The translations under genes and the position numbers were made by a program. Positions 37,590 to 50,500 of a stretch of DNA of 64,000 bases are shown here, piece after piece. Numbering within the stretch: the first letter of the stretch is position 1; each line of letters opens with the position of its first letter. The stretch spans positions 3,348,001 to 3,412,000 of the forward strand of contig NW_025963779.1 in the NCBI RefSeq assembly GCF_023055435.1. The letters run 5' to 3'. Under the pieces are notes generated by a model that was given only the letters and a program-made list of their open reading frames with translations, made no database searches and had not been told where the DNA came from. The stretch comes from Haliotis rufescens. Taxonomy: Eukaryota.

Positions 37590-38015
37590 TGTGCAACTCA
37601 CACACGTGGTCACGCACTCGTAGTGCAACTCACACACGTAGTCACGCACTCGTATTGCAACTCACACACGTAGTCACGCACTCGTAGTGCAACTCACACA
37701 CGTGGTCACGCACTCGTAGTGCAACTCACACACGTAGTCACGCACTCGTATTGCAACTCACACACGTAGTCACGCACTCGTAGTGCAACTCTATCGTAGT
37801 GCAACCCACACACGTGGTCACACACTCGTAGTGCAGCTCTATCGTAGTGCAACCCACACACGTTGTCACGCACTCGTAGTGCAGCTCACACACGTAGTCA
37901 CGCACTTGTAGTGCAACTCACGTAGTCACGCTCTCGTAGTGCAGTTCACACACGTACTCACGCACTCGTAGTGCTGCGCACACACGTAGTCACGCATTCG
38001 TAGTGCAGATCACAC
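37590..38015. repeat. 32-bp minisatellite, about 13 units (GTAGTGCAACTCACACACGTAGTCACGCACTC)
   Basis: Directly visible. Confidence 0.93.
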
Positions 38016-38545
38016 ATAAAAACACATCTGTATCACAAACGCTATTAGTACTGATAACAGGCAATGCTAATAAACAGGCTGTACTGGACAGGTGCTGTCT
38101 TGGCCCAGATACTAGTCACACATCACACTGAAATCTCGAAATGGACGATAAAGACATACACTTAATTGGGCAATATTTGTGTGGAATCCAGTTTTGAGCG
38201 TTTTTGTCAACTTTGTTTTGATTACAACAAGCACACTTGTTGACATAAATACTCAAATAGTATTTAGAAAAAAGCCTTGGTCCCATAATAAGTTGTTGTG
38301 TCGAGGGTATCTACAAGTGGATCCGACGCCATGATAAATAGGATATATATATATATCAAGGAGCTTGCCATCACTGGAATGTGGCCAGAGACGTGTTGCA
38401 CGACACAAAGTCCACACAGTATTAACAACCCCGCGCTCTGCATCCTCCGGGACAGTCGTCAGATGCTGGTACCGAAAACCCTGTTCCTTGATTCGGGAAA
38501 TCATCGTTGCTGGAGACTTCAGAAGTCTGTGGTCTGTGGGGGTCG

Positions 38546-38553
38546 TCATCGAC
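38546..38553 (-). CDS. Gene B last coding exon (G-R-stop)
   Basis: Branch-like CTAAT plus ttaattccatactccag acceptor, then G|GT CGA TGA; mirrors the 8-nt G-L-stop exon of gene A. Confidence 0.62.
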
Positions 38554-41500
38554 CTGGAGTATGGAATTAAATGCAATTAGAAACATTTCGGCATCAACAG
38601 TTTGCTGTTTGGAACAAGCATCATGCTGTGTGACTTACATTCATTTACCGAGGTGTTACCCAATACAAGGGAGGTAACTCAAGCACTACTAACACTTGTC
38701 TGCCTTGCGTGTAGGACGACATGAAACTCCGTGGCTATGTCTAATGTCCAATTACACATTTCCCGGAATCATTTATGTACACAGTCAGGTGGGAGATACG
38801 GGTTGTAGCGTCAACGTAGTGTAGTTTCTTGAAGTCAAAGGCGTTCATACCGAAGACGAAACTGGCGGGAAAACTCCGTGTTTTCACTTTCCCCCTTCTG
38901 CGAATGACTATCACACAATATGTCTGACGTGTGTCAGACATATGATAATCTATGATTCGTCATGGTTGTAACAGCTTATACACTGGCAGGGGTGGGTGTT
39001 TCTGCACATAGCCTCACTTTAGCAATTTAAATACAGTTTCTTTGTTTGAGCTATATCAAGGTGACTCAATTTAACATTCTGGTGAGGTCGATACATACTG
39101 GTTGGACGATACATCAACTCTATAATGTCACCCTTTAATAAATACAAAAAGCTCAAGTGAATACATGATACTACAAATTGGAGCACGTCTGACTCGATAA
39201 ATCCACAAATCGCGAAATACCAGGCAGGTTCAGTGAGCCAAGTGATCACTTTAAGAACCTGGCCAGTTGTTCGTCAAATAATTTGGTCAAAATTGAAGGG
39301 CTTATTATGGACTTATCAATGGAGGAAAACATTTTTTGTTATTGTTTTCTTGTGATGGATATGCATGGCAATGGAGTTAGGCATTTATCCAGTTCTCTGG
39401 TGAGCCTTCATGAACACATTTTAAGTCTTTATCTCGCTACAGTAGTCCGCTTGTCTAACCGACACTGTGCTTGTAGCCAAATTTTAATTACTGTGCTTGG
39501 CCTATAAAAAGCCGTCGTAAAACCTGTAACATTCAACAACTCGACAACGTGGCCACATGTAATACAAACACAATTACCTGCACACATTGAATAGAGTAAC
39601 CTCCCTTTGGCCTCGGCAATGTTTTTGTAGTGGTCGACGTGGACCACGTTTCTTGAGGCTGGTGACGTCACCAACTGCTCCAGCTGCTTCTCATCATAAT
39701 GGTTGCCGGTAGCGACCACAATGACCCGGATGTTGGTGAATTTCGCTCTCCTTGCCTCAAGAATCGTCGGCCCTGGATTGTCAAGTAGATCGTCAACAAA
39801 TATGACTGCAATTTTCTGAGATGACTTCCGTCCACCATAACGAGGCTTGAAGCTGTACCTCCTTAACTTTTGAATAAGTGGCTGAAGTCCTTTATACTCC
39901 ACATTCTTCAAATGACGTTTGAATGCATGTGCATTATTGTACTGCGACAAGCCTATGTCGGTGGTTTGGGAACAGGACTCTCGGATGATTCCGGCACGAG
40001 TCACGTGGTGTTTCAATTCCATCTCGCGGACTACGTCACCGATGAGGTCTTCGATCATGTGACTATGACGTCGACCAATAGCACCGGAGTCGAACACAAA
40101 CATGACGTCAGTGGCTGTGTCAAAGCTGCACGAGGCTGGAAGTAGGTGACATGCAATGAATTACCATGGTATAACCGTTGAAGAAGCTGTTGGAATGAAT
40201 ACAGTCCATGTTGGGACGTAATAAAAATATATAGGTCGTTACATTAAAAATACTTCTTTCAGATCCTAGCAACGAGTTAAAAATGAAGTAGCATGTTGAG
40301 GCTAATTATAGACATTCTCAGTCCGTGACATGCACAAAATTAACATAAATGCCTCAAGAGACAGGAACAAACTGAGTAATCCACGTTAATTAACCTGTCT
40401 GACGCAAGGAGGAAGTAGACACTCACCTGGTTGATCCTTCATAAAGTTGTCGTGCACTGAAACAGACAAGAGAGGCAATCAGTCTCGCGGTCTACACTAT
40501 TTCTTAGAAGAGACCTGAAGGGTGAAAGGAGATTAGACTTAATTTTTTGTTGTCATCGCTAGGCGTGTCAAACATAATTAGTCAATATGACCGGTATTAA
40601 TATTGAGTTTGATTGACATGAGCTGTCGTTGTTGTTAGGCATGGCATCTCGGTGGTCTAGCACTATACAATCGGCATTAGTCCTGATTAGTACAAGCACA
40701 CACGCACGCACGCACGCACGCACGCACGCACATACACACACCTTTACGGCACTTGTTTGGAACTGGCGACTACGCTTCGAAACATTTTCTCGCATTAACA
40801 ATTTGATAAAATAGATTGTGTTGATTCAGTTTATAAAGCTCGTAACTGTCGTTCCCCCGTAAGCCTGTGTTACATTTTTCGAGTATAAATGATTAAAAAG
40901 CCCTTTCCGACTGTCACTTTCTTGATCTGGTAAGCGACGCTCTGATTGGCCGGACGAAAGTACGATCTGACGTGACCCGTTAGCGGATGTCTTCAGATCT
41001 TTGTTCAGCGGTAGTGAGAACTAAAATCTAATTTTAAAAGAACGCGACCTTAAACCCAATGCACCTAACCTCCTGAGAGCGATCGTAACTCCCACACTTG
41101 AACACAAACCTGTGATAGTCGTAGCCCTACGATCGCTTTGTGGAACGGCGCACAGGTCATTTAGCTTGGGTGAAGCTCAGTGAGTGAGTGAGTGAATAAA
41201 GGTTTACGTCCAAGTCAGCACTATGGAAGCCGCTATGAGATCCTCCAGCCAGTAACGATTCACGTCCTCGGAGTACACTCACACTTGAGAATTGGTATTT
41301 CCGGATGATCAGGGTTAGGGCTAGGGCTACTATGGGAATATATTCAAGTGAATGATAAGCAAAGGGAAGTGGTACTCGGAACCCTAACGGGGACACACGT
41401 GCTGGGGTTCTATTCTGCACCAGAATCTCCGACGTTTAGCTCTCACCTATTTGGGTCCACTTTTAGGATCAGATTCAGAACACATACCTTGACAGGCTTT

Positions 41501-44500
41501 TATAGCGAGCAGGTCCTTGATGCTTGTTAAAGCCGTGTAGTCGTCCACTTGGAACACAAAGTCGTCGTCAGGGTTGCTGGCGATGTCGTTCAGCTCAAGT
41601 GTGTCAACAAACTGGCCAATGCCGATAGCAAAGAGGTAGATGCCTGCTTTGTGGGCACGCTGGGACTCCATGTATGTGTTCGTCAAGTTCTTGGACTGGC
41701 CATCCGTCATAAGGATGGCAACATGGGCAACTTCCGGTCGGGCAATATCAGCGGCAAATGCGTGGTCGGTTAGAAACCTGTGAACACCAAGGCGACTGAT
41801 GCGATTATTCGGGTGTTCCGTTTCTCAGATTAAGAACAGAAGAAAGCGATAGACTCTTTGTATTGTCCATTCGGACAAGTAGATAGTGATTCAGTTGCCA
41901 TTCCTGGAAATATTAAATAATATCGTAACACTTTAAATATCGACAAGTGTTCTCATATCACGATTGTAAATGAACAGGAGAATACCTTCCTTATTACTTT
42001 ACAGAACGACCATGTATAGAATTTGGTTCCATATTTCGGTAATATACGTAATATGACAGACAAATCAGGGTTTCTTCGTGTAAAATGGTATCAGAAACGA
42101 AATATGTCACAATGGGTCGGTAGAGAAACGGCGCAAAAATAAATCCTCGTGTTTGAAAATGGCCGGTTCCTGGGGAAAGAAGTCAGCAGTTCTCTCACCT
42201 GATGGCGCCACCTGTGTTTGTTCCGCCACCAGTGTAAGGAACCTTGTCGATCTGCTCTTCCAAATCACGGCGGTTCTGACTTCCGGTGAGAGGTATGATG
42301 GGATGAATGCCGTCGCTGAATGTGATGACGCCGACCCTGGTGCTGCCCTGGCCTAAGTCGAACTGACCGATCACCTCCTTGATGAAGTCCAGCTGCTTGT
42401 CGAAGTCAGGCCTCCATATACTGGAAGAGCTGTCCACGATGAAGTAGACGTCCGCCGGCTTCCCGCCACATCCTGCTGCAGACACAGACATGTTAGTCAG
42501 GTTCATCTGGACACCCACTTCTTCAACAACTGACGCTACCGCGTTCGATTATTAATATTCCTGGCCCGAGCCAATCGAGATTAACACATCTCTGGCAAAC
42601 AGGGTTGACTAGGTTCCACCTGAGTTGGCTGAAGGGAAGTATATACAACGCATACAATGCAACCTCTTCCAAGTCCCTTCCTGGTGTCCCAAGCCGTGAT
42701 GTTACTGGGAGTGATGCTAAAAGCGGCGTAAAAACATACTCACTCTATTTGATGCATGTAAAAAACTGGGAAGTCCAAAATAACGCGTAGAAGCAAAATT
42801 ATCATCAAAGTTGCATTATTGATAAAAAGGATTTATGTCAGCAAGCGAAATATAAATTTCCTTGAAGCATATCAGATACTATCAATACGTAGTTAATTAT
42901 ATCCATTAAAATAATTTTATTTACCACTGAATCAATAAATGAAACTAATTTAGCTTTAATGATACCGTCACTTGGCTTCTGACCAGAACACCGCACCCGA
43001 GGGGTTCAGTAGGTATGGGCAACTCGGTAACTCATGTATGAAGTCTATCAGTATATATGTGCTCACGTTGGTCAACACAGGTTCATCTCAGTCTTACACG
43101 GGTTTTGAGATCGAAAGCGTACTCCATGAGTATGTCTGCATTGTTTGTGTACATCATCTGTCATTACTTTGAATTCAACTGCTTGATCATCTTCCCGAGG
43201 CAAGGGAGTTATCTGACTTTAAAAGTCCAGTTTCCACCCTTGCTGGAATTTCGTGGCTCGAACGTAGCGCCACTAGTGGCTATTTGGGTAATGTCCCTTC
43301 TATGTCCCTTCTATTGACCAATCAGATTCCACCTATCATATTACTTGCATTTGCTTCAAACAAAATGGCGGCGCCCAGTCAAGACGATCTGATCAATGAT
43401 GAAGGTTCATATTGTTATTAAACAGGTCTTACCGAAGTGTATCACATTACTTGAGCGTCTTGATTAAAACATGAAAAGATTTGGAAAATATCTGTCGACG
43501 CCAAGTTGACGGTACGCATGCGTTGAAAATCCTGCAATCGACGCGATTTTGATTGGACTATTGTATAAACTCGTTAGTCCAGCCATAACATAACTCCGAA
43601 ATTTAAGTAGTGTGGAAACTGGACTTTTATAGTCAGATGACCCCCTTGCCTCGCGAAGATGCTGCTTCATTCACCACCACATCGTGTACTACAACATATA
43701 CAACTACTTATAGCATCCTTCAGCACAATAACATTTTCCCTAGAACTACTTCTAATGAAGTTTGCTTCATAGAGTATACTGTTATACATTTCTACCTACT
43801 TCATAGGCCAAGTACCAAAAGATATATTTTTTGTGCTTAGTCCTTTCCCCTCAGTGACACCACTGAGTAGAATTTTATTTTCAAATGAAAATCGTCCTTG
43901 ATTTTTATGTTATGTCGAATATAATATTATCTTTCAGTGATATTATCATGTTAATATCTCATCAACTGCTGGAATATCAATGATCAGGATTAATTAATTC
44001 ATGTTTTTAGGAGTTCGCTTCACATGATCGACGTTGTACAAGGGAGTCTTATTTTACCCAAAACCCGTTAGTGAACCAATTAGGCCTTTGTGGGCTGTAA
44101 TTATGTATCTCATAGAAACTTGCTTCTCATTAGTAACGAACTGGTGTATAACTCGGAAGAATATATGTGTGGGTGTGGTGTCACTTGGGTTATGTTTTTA
44201 GAATATTTATTTTGATTCATTCTGTGTAAAGCTTATCTTGCGTGATTAGCAGGATAACTGCTTTATATTTGATTTCACAAGCTAGGACGTTTTGACCCAA
44301 TGTGTTCACCATATCTGACAACGTCCCTTTGTATTCAGTGCTCAGATACGCGACAAATGTGTGTGTCTGCATTGCCCGCCATGGACTTGAGACTTCAAAT
44401 ATTATAGCATGTGTGGAGGAATGTGTGTGACACATCTGCCTGTGGCGGTATTGTTATGTCTTCTCGCGCAGACTGAGACGTTCTGTATTTGGACTTCATC

Positions 44501-47500
44501 TATCCTCACAAAATGCCGATCAGAAAGTCAGGCACAGACNNNNNNNNNNNNNNNNNNNNNNNNNNNNNNNNNNNNNNNNNNNNNNNNNNNNNNNNNNNNN
44601 NNNNNNNNNNNNNNNNNNNNNNNNNNNNNNNNNNNNNNNNNNNNNNNNNNNNNNNNNNNNNNNNNNNNNNNNNNNNNNNNNNNNNNNNNNNNNNNNNNNN
44701 NNNNNNNNNNNNNNNNNNNNNNNNGAGTGTGTGTTTGTCTGTGTGTGTATGTGGCGTATTTGTGCATGTATATATGCGGTTATGTGCATGTGCATGTATG
44801 TAGCTGTATGTGTGTGTATGTGTGTGTGTGTGTATTTGTATGTATGTGTGTGTGGTTGTTTTCGTGTGTATGTATGTGGTTGTGTGAGTGTGANNNNNNN
44901 NNNNNNNNNNNNNNNNNNNNNNNNNNNNNNNNNNNNNNNNNNNNNNNNNNNNNNNNNNNNNNNNNNNNNNNNNNNNNNNNNNNNNNNNNNNNNNNNNNNN
45001 NNNNNNNNNNNNNNNNNNNNNNNNNNNNNNNNNNNNNNNNNNNNNNNNNNNNNNNNNNNNNNNNNNNNNNNNNNNNNNNNNNNNNNNNNNNNNNNNNNNN
45101 NNNNNNNNNNNNNNNNNNNNNNNNNNNNNNNNNNNNNNNNNNNNNNNNNNNNNNNNNNNNNNNNNNNNNNNNNNNNNNNNNNNNNNNNNNNNNNNNNNNN
45201 NNNNNNNNNNNNNNNNNNNNNNNNNNNNNNNNNNNNNNNNNNNNNNNNNNNNNNNNNNNNNNNNNNNNTCTTCCTGAGGCAAGAGCTTCCACTTGCCTTT
45301 TTATCAAAGTCTTTTTTCTTCTAGGCTTTGATACAGGCTAGTGGACACGCTTGCCTCGAGAAGTTGGCATGAGAGGAGATGGGGGACATCAATTAATTAA
45401 TGACCCTGTGCTGTTTTTAAGATTTCAAATTAAACGATTTACAAAACATTATATAACTCAGGGAAACTTACTGTCTGGCTTTACAGAAGGTTCTGTCTTG
45501 CTCTGGTTGTTGCTGGGACCTGCAATATGGAAACACAAATGAGCGACACTGACTTTTATGCCGCTTTGAAAGTCGCATTTCAGTCGTATCGAAACACGGG
45601 ACAGCAACTAACATATATTTGCAATAATGATTTATTCAGCTGACTGACGCACACTGGTATTACCACCCATTTGGCAGTATGTTTGCCTTTGTAAGTAGTA
45701 TTGATATGCTTTACAGTAAATCATCGTTAAGTCGGACTCTCGAAATACGGGTAATTGAAAAGATTTCGATGGCCGAGTTCAAATTGACCATGTTTCAGTG
45801 TATACTAGTGGAGCTAATAACGTATTACTAAACTAGTGTGTGAGTTTGGTTTAACGCCGCTTTGAACAGTGTTCCAGTTATATCACGGCGTGTCAGCTTC
45901 GTGTGGGAGGAAAGTGATGCAGGTCTCAGACGTTTACCAGTTTGATAAAACCCACGAGCACGGGTATAGTGCTGAGAAACTTTGAAACAATCAGGCTAAA
46001 TGGGATTCGATCACAGGCTCCTGGCCTGCCCAAGGGATGCCACCCGTGCCCCCATTAATAAACAAATGTTGTCAACATCATTCTCATGGTGGATATACTA
46101 CCCTGTGACAAACCCGCCTACTTACGGTCACAGGACATATGCTCCAGCGCCTCCTGTATGTTGGGGAGGGCGTTGTAGTTGTCCACCCGGAACACGTGTT
46201 TGTCCTTGGGGGTGGATCCGATACCCCGGAGTTCTCTGTCGTCCTTCCCAAGCCCCACCCCAATGGCGAACACCTCGATGCCGTCGCTATGGGCCATGGA
46301 TGCCTCCCAGAGAGTCTTGGTGAGGTTGTGGGAATAGCCGTCCGTGATCAGGATGATGACCTTGCCTGCAAAGTCACGGCCGCCGTTCTCCTTCTCGAAC
46401 ATCTTCGACCGGGCGTATTGAAGCGCTTCTCCTGTGGATAAATATAGTTCGTGAATGGCGAAGGCAAAACATTTGAAGCTGTGGTCCGCTTATCCCAAAC
46501 TAGAAAAAAATGTGAAACATGCAAACATAAATACCAAAAATGATGTGGAGGTGTTATTAGTTAAATCTAGTAAAAGGATTTGGTATTCCTAAACCGCCCT
46601 CAAAGACCGTAAGGTAAATGGTTCTAATGCTGTGGTCATCAAAATCCTGCCTTTGTCATGGTGGTCTGTGGCTGGTGCTGGCGCTGTACATGTATGGAGT
46701 ATAATGATCAACACTGGCATTCAAATACAGCTGAGGGCTGTCAGCGTCTTTCATCCGGGTCTTTGCCTCTCAGCCTTTGTGCAACTCGTTCCTCTGGTTA
46801 CCAACCGTTCCCGTCAGCATGGACAATTCAGGAACAAGTCTATCTCACAAATCAAACATGATTGCTTGAAAGGAATTTCGTTTTTCTGAAATGTTATCTT
46901 GACGGTTCACGTACCAGGATAATACATTTAGTTGCAGTAGGAGTGTCATAACTGATTTGCTGCAATACGTCTTCACCTCAGTGATAACACCAGAGGAACG
47001 GGCCAGACCATTGGCATCGCATTTCGCACTCTCTGACACATGCAACATGCGAAGGATCCGCTTGACTTCGAATACAACGCTCCACACCACCCTCAGTCTG
47101 TTGAATTTTCCATAAATCTCATGCAAGGGCATGCATCTTCCCTCATCCCTATTGGTGGACCCATTGACAAGGTCAGAGGGATGATGCCTGCACCTGGGCA
47201 ACCCCGGGGTTGGGGGTTGAAGCTGGTCATTGTGAGCTGCACTCCTTGGCTACTTGTGGCCATTGAGCAAAACAGCTACTTCCCGTGTATGTACGGAGAG
47301 GCTGCATGTCATGACCCTTTGCGTAAAAGATAATTACAGAGTATTGAGTTTAAATTGTGGCTCCAGAGGTCAGTCGTACTGTTTTGATCTTATCAGACAA
47401 AGGAAACTGCAGTGTGACAGGGAGGGTTTGGGTTGGTGTCGACAGTGGGTCGGGTGCCGGATGTGGTATGTGGGGTGAAGGAGGTCGGGGTGGAGGGTCG

Positions 47501-50500
47501 GGGGTGTCTGATGTTGGAAGGGGATGAGGAGGGACCAGGGCGGGTGGGGAGTGACAGGAAGATGGACTTCCCAAACGATGTACCCAAATTAGAATATCCC
47601 CCAAACTAGGTTTTATGCAATTTTACTGTCACACAACCTACCCGTGTTTGTTCCTTGTCGTTCACCCAGGTAGGCAATTTCACCGATGGCGGTCTTCAAC
47701 TCTTTCTTGGTCTGGTGTTCCTTCAGGTTGAAGTCCAGTCTCACGTCTGTCCCAAAGGTCATAATACCAACTCGGATGTTTTTGGGACCAACGGCAAATG
47801 TGTCCACTAACATCTGCACGAAGTCGAGTTGGGCGGCGAAGTCTTTCTCCCACAGGCTGACAGAGGAGTCGAGGACAAATACGACGTCGGCGACCTTCTC
47901 GTGACATTCGAGGTGATCTGTAAGTACACAGCATTACATCCTCAACTGGCGGCCCGAATGAGTGAGTGGGTGAGTGAGTGAGTGAGTGAGTGAGTGATGA
48001 GAAAGTGAGTGAGTGAGTGAGTGAGTGAGTGAGAGCATGGGTGAGTGAGAGTTTGGGTGAGTAGGTGAGTGAGTGAGTGAGTGAGAAGGTTGGTGAGTGA
48101 GAGTGTGGGTGAGTGAGAGTTTGGGTAAGTAGATGAGTGCGTGAGTGAGTGAGTGAGAAGGTTGGTGAGTGAGAGCATGGGTGAGTGAGAGTTTGGGTGA
48201 GTGAGTGAGTGAGTGAGTAAGTGAGTGAGAGCGTTGGTGAGTGAGAGTGTGGGTGAGTGAGTGAGTGTTTACAGGTCAGTTTGCAATACTTCATCAATCT
48301 CACGCGAATGGACCAAAAGATTTAGTTTCGCTCATGTATCCTTTTGGGAATAAAACAAGGAGTTTAATCATTAGGCTTCCGCGCAGCCGAATCAACTTTA
48401 GAAATGAAATGAGATGTAGGATAAAAAAGGTTAGAAAAAATACCATTCATTTATTGATTCACCGATTCATTTATTTAATATTTAGTGATTTACTTGTATT
48501 TCACACTTGTATTCATTTATTTGTATATTTAATAAATCAGTTCATATTTTTATCTGTTTCTCTTTCTCTTTAATGTCGGTACAAAAGTTGCACTTAATGA
48601 TACATCACCATATATGGGTACTATTGTTTTTGCACTGATCACCCTTCCAGTCACGTGACAAGTGCATAATGTCCCCCATCCCCAAGCTCCGAACATCAGG
48701 CGATGTGGGGGAGTGCAGGGCGTGTGTGTGGGGATTGACATTAATATAAACAATATGTGTTTATACATACATTGTTCGGGTTATTGTACTGGCTGTGTGC
48801 GTGGGAGAGAAACTGTCACATTTGGTCAACTGCCGAACCTATCAAGTTCCCCGGTTCTCCCAGGCGGTAAGTTTATGCCACTGTTGGTGTGCAGCTCGCC
48901 TTGCATGCTGGTAACATCAGCTTCTTTTGAACAGATACATGTAACCCCAATACAAACTAAACAACTCAATGAAAGACCGTTTGTGGGCGTAGTACGAACT
49001 GATACTGTACCTGGGTATTTAAACACCGCTCTAGGGCTTAACATTGTTTCTTTGTTAGTAGTTTAACGCCACACTATATGATGGCAGTCTGTAAATAATC
49101 GAGTCTGGACCAGAAGATCCGGTGATTGATGGCATGGGCATCGATCCGCGCAATTGGGATGCAATGACATGTATCAACCAAGTCAGCGAGCCTGACCACC
49201 CGATCCCATTAGTTGCCTCTTACGACCCGCATGCATGGTCGCCTTTGTGATGCAGGTGTCAGACGTTTACCACTTTGGTGAAACCCACGAGTACGGGTAT
49301 AGTGCTGACAACCGTAGAAACGTCATCGGTGCAAATCGGGATTCGAACCCACAATAATAGGTTCCTGGCATGTCCAAGGGACGCAACTCTGCACAGCGAA
49401 TTACAGCGCCTGAGACGACTGCCCCCGCCCCCTTTCAACCCGTGTGCTCCATCAATTTAAGGTTGACATATAAAACTGTATAACACTTACAACCTCCTCG
49501 TGTCGTGTACATAATGTCCCAAGCCATTGTCTTATCATTGTGTCGAATGTATTATATATGATTAGTTTTCGTGTACAGTATCGCGGTTTTATTATCGAGA
49601 CATGTATCGCTGCATAGTGTATCGTAACAGCTCTATTGGTTGTGTTCATGCACTTTCATTGCAATTATCAGGTGCTTTACAGCCGAGTTTTCGGTATATC
49701 CTTACTTCGTATTTGGAGCTTTCTGCGCCGTATTTTGGTCGTGGGTCCTACTCATTGAGTGATGGCTAAATGAATACCTTTCATGTCATCGATGAGAAAA
49801 TTCTTAGCTTTTAGAACTCAAACACGATATCGCATGACTAATCAAGTTGAATCACGCGAATACATGATTCAAAACAGTTCAGCCAACGTTATTGTCCGTT
49901 TGCCAAGAGCTAAACTACAGTCAAGCTTGGATATACCGCTGTATGGAACGTTTAAAAGAAATAACCTGTGGGTTAACAAAACACTTAAATACAATAAGCG
50001 TAATATATATGATATGTTCGTAATATCTAAACTATTTTATTACTAATTTATGAGTGTAATGACATTACACTTTAACATTCGGATGAGTCGAGCATTTTTT
50101 AGGACCCTTCGAGTTTGACGCATTGTTGTTCGACGGTTTATGAAGGTTAATGTTCTGCCAAACGGGGCCCTGCCCTGATCGAGAGAGGAATATTACACTT
50201 TGTCGTATCTTAATTCGATATTACATCACGATTAAAGAAGATATTATATTTGTTTAGATAAAACCTTTGCCCTTTATAACCAAAATAATTCCCCACAATT
50301 ACTCAAAACACGTTTCAGCAAACCATATCTGCCATCGCAAGCTTCTCCCTCACCCCAAGCTTGAGTCACACGGGATTTCTCGGTTTTATCACATAGCGCT
50401 CTCCAAATCGATCACATATCCTCGGTGACGGGTGAAATCATTATCTCTCGGTCTTGAATTATGTACTAGTTTCCTGACAAATAACGATACTTCTCGTCAT

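Noticed and set aside
38976-39001. Alternative last exon of gene B (ETPTPASV*)
   Set aside because: Poor polypyrimidine tract; the 38553 acceptor is stronger and mirrors gene A, though this option is not fully excluded
44409-45341. Long ORFs containing X runs
   Set aside because: Artefacts of the N gaps
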